64,000 nucleotides of DNA, from contig CAYLPP010000010.1 in the NCBI GenBank assembly GCA_964385615.1, forward strand, positions 21,565-85,564, in the 5' to 3' direction. The first letter of the stretch is position 1. Every line of letters begins with the position of its first letter. This document shows, in pieces, positions 49,218 to 61,887 of the stretch. A program made the translations under genes and the position numbers. The notes under the pieces were generated by a model that searched no databases, had not been told where the DNA came from, and worked only from the letters and a program-made list of their open reading frames with translations. Origin of the DNA: an uncultured bacterium. GTDB lineage: Bacteria > Omnitrophota > Omnitrophia > Omnitrophales > Aquincolibacteriaceae.

Positions 49218-51044
49218 TTAAAGGTTTTTGCCTTTGCCTAAAGAAACAGCCAGCAACGAGAGGTCGCAAGGAGACAGGCCTGGGATTCGGGATGCTTGAC
49301 CTATAGACTCAGGACGAATTTTTGAGAGTTTTTCACGTGCTTCACGGCTCATTCCTTTAATAAGCGCATAATCAAACTGAGGAGGAATCTGTTTTTTCTC
49401 GTATTTTTTAAATCTCTGGATTTCAGCCATTTGCCGAGAAATGTACCCCGCGTACTTAATTTCAGTCTCAACGCGCGTAATCTCTTCTTCACAGCTTAGC
49501 TCGCAAACATAACCAGCCTGAGCAACCATAGCTTTAAAATCCATTTCCGGTCTGCGCAAAATCTGATCTAAAGGAATGTTTTGAAACCATGTTTTTTTCA
49601 AACGGCCAATTTCTTCTTGAACCCTTGCGATTCTAGCCAGACTTTCCGCGTAAACTTCCTGAGAAATTAATCCGAAACCGATGCCATATTTCATCAAGCG
49701 CTCATCCGCGTTATCTTGCCGTAAAACCAGACGGTATTCCGCGCGGGAAGTGAAAAGACGGTACGGTTCATTTGTGCCGCGCGTAACCAGATCATCAATC
49801 AAGACGCCGATATAGGCTTCTGATCGGTCTAAAGTGAAGGCTTCCTGGCCATTCAGCTTCCGTACCGCATTCAATCCAGCAATCAGCCCCTGGGCCGCTG
49901 CTTCTTCATAGCCGGAAGTACAATTAATCTGTCCGGCCAGAAAAAGATTTTCTATTTTTTTGGTTTCCAGCGAGTGTTTTAGTTGCGTCGGCGGAAAACA
50001 ATCATATTCGATCGCGTATCCCATACGGACAATTTCCGCGTTTTCAAGACCTCGAATCGAATGAATAATTTCAAGCTGAACATCCGCGGGAAGGCTGGTA
50101 GACAACCCATTAACGTAAATTTCATCCGTATCACGGCCCTCAGGCTCGAGATAAATTTGATGCCGTTCTTTATCCTGAAATTTCACAATTTTATCTTCGA
50201 TAGACGGACAATAACGCGGTCCGGTACTTTTGATACGCCCCGCATAAAGAGGTGAGCGGTGCAAATTTTTACGGATAATCTCGTGCGTTTTTTCATTGGT
50301 GTAAGTCATGAAGCAGGACATTTGTTCAGCTTCTATTTTTTTTGTCCGGTAAGAAAAAGGACTGGGCGGATGATCGCCTTTTTGCTCTTCGGTAACAGAC
50401 CAATCGATCGTTTGCGCTCGGAGACGGGGGGGGGTTCCAGTTTTAAAGCGAATGACTTCCAAACCGTGCGCGGCCATTGAAGCGGAAAGCCCGACGGAAG
50501 GCGCTTCATCTCTCCGGCCGCCTGGATAATTCACATCCCCGACGTGAATCAATCCCTGCATAAAAGTTCCGGTGGTAATAATAACAGCGCGCGCGGTAAA
50601 GTCCCGGCCATCTTGAGAACGGATGCCGTAACATTTTCCGTCTTTAACAAGAATTTCTACAGCCTGCCCCCGCTGAAGCGAAATGTTTTTTTCGGCTTCA
50701 ATGCTTCGGCGCATATAAAGACTGTATTGTTTTTTATCCGCCTGCGCGCGAGGAGCCCACACGGCCGGCCCTTTCGAGCGGTTAAGCATACGGAATTGAA
50801 TACCGGTCGCGTCAATCGCACGGGCCATTTCTCCGCCAAGCGCGTCGATTTCACGGACAACATGGCCTTTAGCCAGGCCTCCAATAGCGGGATTGCAGGA
50901 CATTCTCGCGACAGCATCAGTGTCCATAGTCAGAAGCAAAACCTGAAACCCGCATCGAGCCGCAGCTAGCGAAGCTTCCACACCCGCATGCCCTGCGCCG
51001 ACAACGATTACATCAAATTTTTCTGAAGATTTTTGCTGCCGCAT
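49218..51044 (-). CDS. mnmG: tRNA uridine-5-carboxymethylaminomethyl modification enzyme MnmG (GidA)
   Basis: FDVIVVGAGHAGVEAS FAD motif; 608 aa. No rsmG/gidB follows. Confidence 0.9.
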   Translation of the reverse strand: MRQQKSSEKFDVIVVGAGHAGVEASLAAARCGFQVLLLTMDTDAVARMSCNPAIGGLAKGHVVREIDALGGEMARAIDATGIQFRMLNRSKGPAVWAPRAQADKKQYSLYMRRSIEAEKNISLQRGQAVEILVKDGKCYGIRSQDGRDFTARAVIITTGTFMQGLIHVGDVNYPGGRRDEAPSVGLSASMAAHGLEVIRFKTGTPPRLRAQTIDWSVTEEQKGDHPPSPFSYRTKKIEAEQMSCFMTYTNEKTHEIIRKNLHRSPLYAGRIKSTGPRYCPSIEDKIVKFQDKERHQIYLEPEGRDTDEIYVNGLSTSLPADVQLEIIHSIRGLENAEIVRMGYAIEYDCFPPTQLKHSLETKKIENLFLAGQINCTSGYEEAAAQGLIAGLNAVRKLNGQEAFTLDRSEAYIGVLIDDLVTRGTNEPYRLFTSRAEYRLVLRQDNADERLMKYGIGFGLISQEVYAESLARIARVQEEIGRLKKTWFQNIPLDQILRRPEMDFKAMVAQAGYVCELSCEEEITRVETEIKYAGYISRQMAEIQRFKKYEKKQIPPQFDYALIKGMSREAREKLSKIRPESIGQASRIPGLSPCDLSLLAVSLGKGKNL

Positions 51045-51083
51045 GAGAGAGGGTTGCCTTTTTAGTGCAGGATTTTAAAGCAT

Positions 51084-51126
51084 GCGGCCAGCGCACTTAG
51101 CCTTCCTTAAGCTAAGGCGCTGCCGC
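51084..51126 (-). terminator. Imperfect hairpin downstream of yidC (weak terminator candidate)
   Basis: gcggcagcgccuuagc...gcuaagugcgcuggccgc imperfect inverted repeat with no clear U-tract. Confidence 0.2.
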
Positions 51127-51141
51127 AGTAAAACTCAAGTT

Positions 51142-52797
51142 TTACTGATCCTCGTGATGAAGGACCACAACCATTTTTTTAATGAAAACCTGATGCACAA
51201 CCGTCAGCAAATTGTTGACTAGCCAGTAAAGCACCAGCCCGGAGGGCATTTGATAAAACATGAAGCCAAAAATTAACGGCATAAACTGCATGACTTGCGC
51301 TTGTTCAGCTGAGGCTGAAGGCTGGGGTGTCAGTTTCTGCTGCCAAACCATGGAACCAATCATTAACAAAGGCAGAAGATTAAAGTGATCGCCAAGCACG
51401 GGCAATGAAAACGGCAAAGCGAAAAGCTGATCCGGCTGGGCCAAATCATGAATCCAAAAAGCGAAATCAGCGCCTTTCAGCTCAATGGTTTCGTTTAAAA
51501 CCTGATAAAACGCAATAAAAATAGGAATCTGCAGGAGCATCGGAAGACAACCGCCCATCGGGTTGACTTTATTTCGCTTATAAAGCTCCATCATTTCTTT
51601 ATTCATCTTGGAAGGATCGTTTTTATACCGTTCCTGAATCGATTTCACTTTCGGCTGAATGGCCTGCATTTTTTTCATAGACTCATAGCTCATATGAGTC
51701 AGGGGAGTAAAAAGCCCCTTGATGATCAGGGTCATTAGAATAATCGCCAGCCCGTAATTATGAACAAACCCAAAGAGGAATTTAAGCGCCAGAAGAAGCC
51801 ATATCTTGAACATCCCGAAAAACCCCTGAGAAAAAATAGGGTCGAATCCAAATTCTTTTAGATATTCATATTTCTGCGGACCAGCATAAATCAAAACCCC
51901 GCGCGAAATTTCCTGTCCCGGAGCAATGCTGACAGGTTCGGTGCGCAATGTCTGAAAAAGAGTTTGATCTTCCACGCGCGCGAAAGCGCTGATGGCTTGC
52001 GCTTCAGGTTTCGCCAGAATCGCGAAATATTTTTTCTGAACACCGGCCCAAATCAATTTATCCGAAACAGAAAAGCCTTTTTTGCGGATTTTTCCAGGAT
52101 TAGCGTCCGTCATTTTGTCAGACATAACCGCCGCGTGAACATTGTGATCAGACTCTTCAAACTGAAGGCCGTAATCCAACTCGATAGGGAAGTTCTGCTC
52201 AATGGCAGCCAGGTTTTTCAAAGTCACCTGGAGATGAATAACCGGTTTAACGGGATCTAAAATATATTTCTTCGTCAGCCGGTAATGACCGGGTTTTTCA
52301 AAAAAGAATTCGTGTGCCCCTCTGGACTGAGGGCCTTTTTCGAAGACGGTTTGGGAAAGATCCAGTATTTCCTTTGAAAATCGGACACCGAAAATACCGG
52401 GTTTAGCGGGATCGTTTTCATAAAAAACCGTGCTGGTTTTTTCGGGCTTATCGGGCTCGCCAAGATACCGCAGGCGAGTCACGGTAGCGCCAAAAGTCGA
52501 AAAATCAGCATCATAAACGCCGTTATTGTCTGAGATTAATTCGGGAAGAGCGGGTTTTTCAAGCTGTGCCGGAATTTCGGCCGCGGGGGAAAGTTCGGTC
52601 TCTTTCGCGGCAGATAAAACTTTCTCGGCGGAAGGCTGAAAACCATCAACGGATGCCGCCGGCGCAGAGGCTTGCGGTTTGGACTGCCAAATCCCCATTT
52701 TTCTCAAAACATATGGATAGCCGATTAAAATCAGCATTGAAAGCACAAGCGCGATCCAGTAATTCTTATCCATGCGGTCTTTATTCAACGGGGTCAA
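51142..52797 (-). CDS. yidC: Membrane protein insertase YidC
   Basis: 551 aa with an N-terminal TM segment, a large periplasmic domain and a C-terminal 5-TM core, in yidC-yidD-rnpA-rpmH synteny. Confidence 0.88.
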   Translation of the reverse strand: MTPLNKDRMDKNYWIALVLSMLILIGYPYVLRKMGIWQSKPQASAPAASVDGFQPSAEKVLSAAKETELSPAAEIPAQLEKPALPELISDNNGVYDADFSTFGATVTRLRYLGEPDKPEKTSTVFYENDPAKPGIFGVRFSKEILDLSQTVFEKGPQSRGAHEFFFEKPGHYRLTKKYILDPVKPVIHLQVTLKNLAAIEQNFPIELDYGLQFEESDHNVHAAVMSDKMTDANPGKIRKKGFSVSDKLIWAGVQKKYFAILAKPEAQAISAFARVEDQTLFQTLRTEPVSIAPGQEISRGVLIYAGPQKYEYLKEFGFDPIFSQGFFGMFKIWLLLALKFLFGFVHNYGLAIILMTLIIKGLFTPLTHMSYESMKKMQAIQPKVKSIQERYKNDPSKMNKEMMELYKRNKVNPMGGCLPMLLQIPIFIAFYQVLNETIELKGADFAFWIHDLAQPDQLFALPFSLPVLGDHFNLLPLLMIGSMVWQQKLTPQPSASAEQAQVMQFMPLIFGFMFYQMPSGLVLYWLVNNLLTVVHQVFIKKMVVVLHHEDQ

Positions 52798-52990
52798 AGC
52801 CTCCTGAGCTCAATGGGTTGCATCTTAAAATTCTAAAAAAAGAAAGCGCCGCTCCCTGGAAAAAACCTTTTTTCTCCAAAGCTTGCCGGCAATATTCAGA
52901 ACACGAAGGATAAAAGCGGCAGCAATTCCCCAAAAAAGGGGAAATGCTTATTCGGTAGAGATAAAGCAAGAAGGTTAGTAACCGTTTCAC
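52781..52990 (-). CDS. yidD: Membrane protein insertion efficiency factor YidD
   Basis: ISISPFLGNCCRFYPSCSEY motif; 69 aa. Confidence 0.85.
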   Translation of the reverse strand: MKRLLTFLLYLYRISISPFLGNCCRFYPSCSEYCRQALEKKGFFQGAALSFFRILRCNPLSSGGFDPVE

Positions 52991-53349
52991 TTTACAAAAC
53001 CCGCTTTTCCTAAAAGCGTTTTCATTTCAAGTTCGATTTCCCTGTAAAGAGGCGGTTTCCCGGCTGTTTTAACTTTAAATAAAACGGCAGTGCCCGGAAT
53101 CCATCCGCTTTGATTCCTGCGAAAAGCTTCGCGTGTCCTTCTTTTCCAAAGATTCCTCACCGCGGCCCGAGAATCCACTTTCTTACTGACCATCACCGCG
53201 CATCGAGGAAGCGTCTTCCCTTCAGGTCCTGACTGATTTAAAACCCAAAGAGCAAACAGGCGTCCGCGAACAGGTTTGGCCTTATCAAAAAGGAGCTGAA
53301 ACTCCCGCTTCTTTCGGATTCTCTGGTTCCGGCCCAGATTCTGCTTCAC
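52987..53349 (-). CDS. rnpA: Ribonuclease P protein component
   Basis: Basic, about 120 aa, located between rpmH and yidD. Confidence 0.8.
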   Translation of the reverse strand: MKQNLGRNQRIRKKREFQLLFDKAKPVRGRLFALWVLNQSGPEGKTLPRCAVMVSKKVDSRAAVRNLWKRRTREAFRRNQSGWIPGTAVLFKVKTAGKPPLYREIELEMKTLLGKAGFVK

Positions 53350-53363
53350 GGAGAAGATGTTTG

Positions 53364-53513
53364 TTACGAAGGGTAAATCGGAATCAGCCGTTTACGGCCT
53401 TTTTTACGGCGGCGGCTTAACACTTTGCGTCCGCTTTTGGTACGCTTACGCGCCAAAAATCCATGCTTGGAGCGGCGTTTTCTTTTGGAAGGCTGGTATG
53501 TTCTTTTGCTCAC
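53364..53513 (-). CDS. rpmH: 50S ribosomal protein L34
   Basis: Reverse translation gives [49 protein letters not shown] (GTG start, 49 aa). Not in the ORF track because of its length. Confidence 0.85.
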   Translation of the reverse strand: MSKRTYQPSKRKRRSKHGFLARKRTKSGRKVLSRRRKKGRKRLIPIYPS

Positions 53514-53809
53514 TTTATCAACTCTTTTCGTCTTGCAAGTTTTGAACTCGATTCAAGTTACAGTTGCGTGATTATAACAGAATCGCCCATTGAGTCAATC
53601 CAGTACGATCGAACCCTTAAATGAACGGGTAAATAGCTTGGCATCACAGACCTCGCTTTGCAAAGCTGGATTAAAAAATAAAAAGAATTCCCGTGACTTT
53701 TTGGAAGGGCGGGGTAGAATGAGGCCTTAAATAGCTTGATTGAAATTGTTTATTTTTTGTTTATAACCTGTGTATAATTTTGGATTAATTGTTGATATCT
53801 TGTGGATAA
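53514..53809. promoter_or_regulatory. oriC / dnaA promoter region with DnaA boxes, at the point where the coding strand switches
   Basis: A perfect DnaA box, TGTGGATAA (the reverse complement of TTATCCACA), lies at 53801-53809 and overlaps the dnaA start. TGTGTATAA (8/9) is at 53769-53777 and TTATCAACT (7/9) at 53515. There is an AT-rich tract with TATAAT at 53773-53778. All genes left of this point are on the minus strand and all genes right of it on the plus strand. Confidence 0.6.
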
Positions 53810-55187
53810 ACAAAAATCTCCGTTAGATCTTTCTGTTGCAGACGCTAAAACAGACCCCGCATCCGTTTGGGAAAAAGTTCGCGATATTCTCGGAAAAGAG
53901 CTAAGCGAACAATCTTTCCGTACATGGTTTGACCCTGTCAATTGCCGGCAGATCAACGACGTTTCGGTTCTCCTTGCGGTTCCAGATGCTTATTTTGGCC
54001 AGTGGCTTAAAAACCATTATGAGAATTTGATTCAATCTGCTATTGAAGAAATCATCGGCCAGCGGCGCGCGATTGAGTATAAAGTTGAAGAACCTGTTAA
54101 AAACTCCCTCTTACCCGTCAGCACCCCCCGTACCACGGCCAAGCCTGTTTCAGAAACCCGCGAATCCGATCTTAACAGTAAATACACTTTTGATGATTTT
54201 GTCATTGGGCCTGGTAATCGTTTTGCGCACGCGGCTTCCTTGGCGGTTTGTGAAGCTCCGGCAAGACAGTATAACCCGCTTTTTATCTACGGTCCGGTGG
54301 GTTTGGGGAAGACGCATTTAATGCAATCGATCGCACACGAAATCAAAAGAAAAAATCCTGATTTTCGCGTTCTTTATATTTCGAGTGAAAAATTTACGAA
54401 CCAGCTGATTTCGGCCATTCAAAATCGTTCTACTCACCAGTTCCGCAATAAATATAGGTCGCTGGACCTGTTACTGATTGATGATATTCACTTCCTTGCC
54501 GAAAAAGAGGCCACGCAAGAAGAGTTTTTCCACACGTTTAATTCACTTTACGATGCTCACAAACAAATAGTCGTGTCGAGTGACCGGCCGCCTAAAGACA
54601 TTCCCGGACTTGAAGAGCGTCTTGTTTCGCGTTTCGGGTGGGGTCTTGTTACCGATATTCAGCCGCCTGACTTTGAAACGCGTGTTGCCATTTTAAAGAA
54701 GAAGATGGAAAAAGAAACGGTCATCGTTCCTGATGACGTCGCCTTTTTTATCGCGAGTAAAATCCGGTCTAACATTCGAGAGCTTGAGGGTGCTTTGATC
54801 CGCGTGGTCGCTTATTGCACACTTACGCGTCAAAAACTTGATCTTAAAGCTGCCCAGGAAGTGCTGAAAGATTCCCTAAAAGAAGAAGAACAGAAAATAA
54901 GTATTGATCAAATCCAGAGAATTGTGGCTGAATACTTCCATTTGAAAGTTTCGGATTTGCGCGCGAAGAGAAGAAGCCGCTCTATTGCCCGTCCCAGGCA
55001 AATTGCTATGTTCCTGGTTCGCTCCATGACAGATCACTCTTTACCTGAGATTGGAGAATATTTCGGCGGCCGAGATCACACGACTGTCTTACATGCTGTG
55101 AATAAGCTGGGGAAAGAAGTTGAACAAAATGAGGAGACCCGGCGGCTCGTCGATGATCTGCGCGATCTGTTGAAAAAGGGCACTTGA
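53802..55187 (+). CDS. dnaA: Chromosomal replication initiator DnaA
   Basis: AAA+ Walker A GPVGLGKTHLMQSIA, box VII and the C-terminal DNA-binding helix; 461 aa with a GTG start. Confidence 0.93.
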   Translation: MDKQKSPLDLSVADAKTDPASVWEKVRDILGKELSEQSFRTWFDPVNCRQINDVSVLLAVPDAYFGQWLKNHYENLIQSAIEEIIGQRRAIEYKVEEPVKNSLLPVSTPRTTAKPVSETRESDLNSKYTFDDFVIGPGNRFAHAASLAVCEAPARQYNPLFIYGPVGLGKTHLMQSIAHEIKRKNPDFRVLYISSEKFTNQLISAIQNRSTHQFRNKYRSLDLLLIDDIHFLAEKEATQEEFFHTFNSLYDAHKQIVVSSDRPPKDIPGLEERLVSRFGWGLVTDIQPPDFETRVAILKKKMEKETVIVPDDVAFFIASKIRSNIRELEGALIRVVAYCTLTRQKLDLKAAQEVLKDSLKEEEQKISIDQIQRIVAEYFHLKVSDLRAKRRSRSIARPRQIAMFLVRSMTDHSLPEIGEYFGGRDHTTVLHAVNKLGKEVEQNEETRRLVDDLRDLLKKGT

Positions 55188-55324
55188 TTATAAACAGTTT
55201 TTTAAGATCATAAACTCAATCAAATGAGCAGTTTAAGGAAGTTATCAACATATAAACAAACCCTATTAATAAGACGGCTATTTTGTTAAGATATAAAGCC
55301 TTAATACAGTAAAGAGGAGTTTTC

Positions 55325-56425
55325 ATGGAAATTAAAGTCTCGAAAAGTAATTTATTAAAGGGTTTGGCGCTGGTCGGAGGTGTTACAGCGCAAAAGGCAA
55401 ACACACTTCCCATTTTGAGTAACATTCTGCTTGAAACAGGAAAAGAAGGGCAACTTCGTCTGGTTGGAACCGATCTTGAAGTTGGAATTTCCACAAACAT
55501 TCCGGTAGAAATCGTAAAAGAAGGAAATATTACGGTTCCCGCCAAGAAAATTCATGAAATTATCCGCGAACTTCCCGAGGGAGAAGTTGAAATTACAGTT
55601 GCAAAAAATAATGCCGTCAATATCAGGGCCGGAAAAGCCTATTTTAAAATTATGGGGCTGAGTAAAGAGGATTATCCGAAACTTCCAGAATGGTCCGCTA
55701 AAGACGCGATTGAAGTTGATCAGGCGATGGTAAAAGAAAGTCTGTCGTTAACCTCTTTCGCGATTTCTTACGACGAAACGCGGTATGTGCTCAACGGAGT
55801 TTTAATTTCAGCTTCGGCTGGTAAAATTCGTTTTGTTGCCACGGATGGACGCCGGCTTGCCTACACCGAAAAAGAGTTCGAAAATAAGGGTGGAAAGAAA
55901 ATGGAAATGATTGTTCCTGTGAAGGCCGTCCAGGAACTGGTGAAGCTTTTAACGTGGGACGGAACTTTGCAAATTATCCCGTCTCAAAACCAGGTTGTTT
56001 TTAATCTTGGCGACACTTTTCTTACCTCGCGTCTGATCGAAGGGCATTTCCCGAATTACGAGCAAGTTATTCCAAAAGGCGAAAAAACAACGTCATCGGC
56101 AAACCGCGAAGAATTTCTTCAAGCGATCCGCCGCACGGCGCTTTTAACTTCACCGGATGCGCCAGCCGTAAAACTGGATTTTGTGAAAGGTAAAATTCTC
56201 GTTTCTTCACGTTCGCCTAATTTAGGCGAAGCCAAAGAAGAACTTCTCGCGGATGTCAGCGGAGAAGAACTCGCGATTGGTTTTAATCCGCATTATTTGA
56301 TCGACGCACTTAAAAATCTGGACATTGATAAAATTTCATTCTGCATGACTGATCCCGATAAGCCGGGATTGCTGAAAGGAAAAGACGGGTATCTGTACGT
56401 TGTGATGCCTATGCAGCTGAACTGA
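55325..56425 (+). CDS. dnaN: DNA polymerase III beta sliding clamp
   Basis: 366 aa, starting MEIKVSKSNLLKGLALVGGV..., showing the three-domain clamp. Confidence 0.92.
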   Translation: MEIKVSKSNLLKGLALVGGVTAQKANTLPILSNILLETGKEGQLRLVGTDLEVGISTNIPVEIVKEGNITVPAKKIHEIIRELPEGEVEITVAKNNAVNIRAGKAYFKIMGLSKEDYPKLPEWSAKDAIEVDQAMVKESLSLTSFAISYDETRYVLNGVLISASAGKIRFVATDGRRLAYTEKEFENKGGKKMEMIVPVKAVQELVKLLTWDGTLQIIPSQNQVVFNLGDTFLTSRLIEGHFPNYEQVIPKGEKTTSSANREEFLQAIRRTALLTSPDAPAVKLDFVKGKILVSSRSPNLGEAKEELLADVSGEELAIGFNPHYLIDALKNLDIDKISFCMTDPDKPGLLKGKDGYLYVVMPMQLN

Positions 56426-56718
56426 TGCAGCAGATTAAGGATTTGCTTTCCGGCGTTTTAAGGGAACTGCAGGATCCTGAAAAAAAGAAACGGAGCAAAT
56501 TGGTAACCGCTTGGCCGTCCATCGCGGGGCCCAAAATCGCGCCGCATACAAAACCAATTTTAACAGAGCGCGGCGACTTACTTGTTTGGGTGGATCAGTC
56601 GGCGCTGGCGTACGAATTGAATCAAAAATACAGGCAGTCGCTTTTAAAGCGCACCCAGGCAGTGTTGGGTGAAGACGCTGTTAAAACAATTAAAATTAAA
56701 GTGGGGCAATTGCGGTAA
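56425..56718 (+). CDS. dciA: DUF721 / DciA-like protein (helicase-loading factor family)
   Basis: 97 aa between dnaN and gyrB in the position usually held by recF. The ATG overlaps the dnaN TGA. Confidence 0.6.
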   Translation: MQQIKDLLSGVLRELQDPEKKKRSKLVTAWPSIAGPKIAPHTKPILTERGDLLVWVDQSALAYELNQKYRQSLLKRTQAVLGEDAVKTIKIKVGQLR

Positions 56719-59220
<2,502 letters not shown>

Positions 59221-59304
59221 CCCGGAGCAATATTCACTGAATTGTCCCAGGCGAGCATCGGCGCATGAAGCTCCGATGGTAAGAATCTAAAAAAGGAATA
59301 GAAA

Positions 59305-61878
59305 ATGGCTGATGAAAATCTGTATGCAATGAACGAAAAAATCGTTCCGCAGGCAATTGAAGACGAAATGAAGAATTCGTACATCGATTACGCGATGTCC
59401 GTCATCGTGGGTCGCGCTCTGCCCGACGTTCGTGACGGCTTAAAGCCTGTGCATCGCCGGATTCTCTACGCCATGAGTGAGTTGGGGCTTGCATCTAACC
59501 GGCCTTATAAAAAATCCGCCCGTGTCGTTGGGGAAGTCCTGGGTAAATATCACCCGCACGGCGACCTTTCGGTTTATGACGCTCTCGTTCGTATGGTGCA
59601 GGATTTCTCGCTTCGTTATCCGCTTGTGGATGGTCAGGGAAACTTTGGTTCTGTAGACGGGGACAACCCGGCCGCAATGCGTTACACCGAAGTCCGGCTT
59701 GATTCGGTGGCCAATGAACTTTTGAACGATATCGAAAAAGAGACCGTGGATTTCGGGCCTAACTTTGACGAATCTCTTCAGGAACCTCTTTTGCTTCCTG
59801 CCCGCATTCCGAACCTGCTGGTCAATGGATCCAGCGGTATCGCCGTCGGTATGGCCACGAATATTCCCCCCCATAATTTAAAAGAAGTAATCAGCGGAAT
59901 TTTGGCCGTGATTGAAAATCCCGCGGTTACGATTAAAGACCTGACAAAAATTATTAAAGGCCCCGATTTTCCGACCGGCGGTTTGATTCTGGGCCGTGAA
60001 GGGATTCGTGACGCGTATGAAAAAGGCCGCGGCCGCATTGTCATTCGGGCTAAAGCCAACATTGAAACCGGCGGCAAAAAAGACGCGATCGTGATTACGG
60101 AAATTCCGTATCAGGTCAATAAATCTAATTTGATTCAATCGATCGCGGGACTTGTCGAATCCAAAAAAATCGAAGGCATCAGCGATATCCGCGATGAATC
60201 TGACCGTGAAGGGATGCGCGTAGTTATTGAGCTTAAACGCGACGCGGTTCCTCAGATCGTGCTTAACCTGCTTTATAAGCACACTCAGATGCAGGAAACT
60301 TTCGGCGTTATTATGCTGGCTTTGGTGGACGGTCAGCCGCGCGTGCTCAATATCAAGCAGGTGCTTGAGAATTTTATCGAATTCCGCGTGGACGTTATCA
60401 CCCGCCGTACCCGGTACGACTTAGATAAAGCTGAAAAGCGCGCTCATATTCTTGAAGGTTTGAAAATTGCCATCGCGAATCTTGATAAAGTGATCAAGGT
60501 TATCCGCGCGTCAAAAAGCCCTGAGCAGGCCAAGCAGGGACTTCTGGAAAATTTCAAACTTTCCGTTGTCCAGGCTCAAGCGATTCTCGAAATGCAGCTT
60601 CAGCGGTTGACAGCTCTTGAGCGCGATAAAATTGACGAAGAATACGCGGAGCTGATTAAAAAAATCGAATACTACCGTTCCGTTTTAAAAAGCCGCGCTA
60701 AAGTCCTCAGCATTGTTAAAGAAGAAAGCGAAGAGCTCGTTAAGAAGTATGGAGATGAGCGCCGCACGCAGATTGTCGCCGCTGAGCAGGAAATCGAAAT
60801 CGAGGATTTAATCGCTGAGGAAGACGTTATTATCACGCTCTCCCGCCAGGGTTATATCAAACGCATTCCGGTGACTATGTACCGCAAGCAGAAACGCGGC
60901 GGCACGGGTGTGACTGGCGGCGGAATGAAAGACGATGATGATTTTGTGGAGCATATGTTTTTGGCTTCCACGCATGATTCCATCATGTTCTTCACGAATA
61001 AAGGCCGCTGCTTCTGGCGTAAAGCATATGAAATTCCTCAGGCATCGCGTCAGGCCAAAGGGAAAGCCATTGTTAATTTCTTGGCGTTGAGCTCAGAGGA
61101 GCAGATTTCCAGCTTTCTTCAGGTTAAAGAGTATGACGACAAGCATTACGTTCTGATGGTCACGAAAAACGGTGTGATTAAAAAGACGAACTTGATCCAA
61201 TACTCACGGCCGAGATCTACCGGGATTAACGCAATTACCCTTCGGGATAAAGACGAGCTGGTTTCCTGCAAAATCACCAGCGGGAAAGACGAGATTTTCC
61301 TCGCCACCCGTTCCGGGAAAGCGATTCGTTTTAACGAGGACCAGGCGCGCGATATGGGCCGCACTGCTTCAGGCGTGCGCGGTATGAACATCGATAAAAA
61401 AGATGAAATTATCGCCATGGAAGTTGTGGACAAAGAAGCCACGGCGCTCAGCATTACTGAGCTTGGATTCGGCAAAAAAACCAAATTCAAGGAATACCGC
61501 CTGCAATCCCGCGGCGGCAAGGGGATTATCAACGTCAAGGTTACTTCGAAAAATGGAAATGTCGTGAATGTGCTGACAGTCCGCGAAGAAGACCAGATCG
61601 TAATTGTGACAACCGGCGGTATGATTGTCCGCTGCCCTGTTGATCAAATCCGCACCTCCGGGCGTAACGCTCAAGGCGTGCGTGTGATTCGGTTAAAAGA
61701 CGGCCACAAAGTCGCTGCTGCCGCGCGCGTTGTGGAGAAAGACGACGATGATGAAACTCTGCCTTCCCCTCAGCTCGATTTAATCGAGGGTGAAGAAGAG
61801 GAAGCGAAGCCGTCAAAAAAAGAATCCAGCGCTCCCGAAAAAAAATCAGCACCCAAAAGCGCTAAGAAGAAAAAGTAG
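59305..61878 (+). CDS. gyrA: DNA gyrase subunit A
   Basis: Active-site Tyr region AAMRYTE, a GyrA-box beta-pinwheel C-terminal domain and an acidic tail; 857 aa. Confidence 0.93.
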   Translation: MADENLYAMNEKIVPQAIEDEMKNSYIDYAMSVIVGRALPDVRDGLKPVHRRILYAMSELGLASNRPYKKSARVVGEVLGKYHPHGDLSVYDALVRMVQDFSLRYPLVDGQGNFGSVDGDNPAAMRYTEVRLDSVANELLNDIEKETVDFGPNFDESLQEPLLLPARIPNLLVNGSSGIAVGMATNIPPHNLKEVISGILAVIENPAVTIKDLTKIIKGPDFPTGGLILGREGIRDAYEKGRGRIVIRAKANIETGGKKDAIVITEIPYQVNKSNLIQSIAGLVESKKIEGISDIRDESDREGMRVVIELKRDAVPQIVLNLLYKHTQMQETFGVIMLALVDGQPRVLNIKQVLENFIEFRVDVITRRTRYDLDKAEKRAHILEGLKIAIANLDKVIKVIRASKSPEQAKQGLLENFKLSVVQAQAILEMQLQRLTALERDKIDEEYAELIKKIEYYRSVLKSRAKVLSIVKEESEELVKKYGDERRTQIVAAEQEIEIEDLIAEEDVIITLSRQGYIKRIPVTMYRKQKRGGTGVTGGGMKDDDDFVEHMFLASTHDSIMFFTNKGRCFWRKAYEIPQASRQAKGKAIVNFLALSSEEQISSFLQVKEYDDKHYVLMVTKNGVIKKTNLIQYSRPRSTGINAITLRDKDELVSCKITSGKDEIFLATRSGKAIRFNEDQARDMGRTASGVRGMNIDKKDEIIAMEVVDKEATALSITELGFGKKTKFKEYRLQSRGGKGIINVKVTSKNGNVVNVLTVREEDQIVIVTTGGMIVRCPVDQIRTSGRNAQGVRVIRLKDGHKVAAAARVVEKDDDDETLPSPQLDLIEGEEEEAKPSKKESSAPEKKSAPKSAKKKK

Positions 61879-61887
61879 GAGCCGGGA

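Noticed and set aside
53514-53800. Possible small RNA gene in the 290-bp rpmH-dnaA spacer
   Set aside because: The sequence is AT-rich with DnaA boxes and promoter-like hexamers. I saw no conserved structured-RNA signature, so an origin/promoter region is the simpler explanation.
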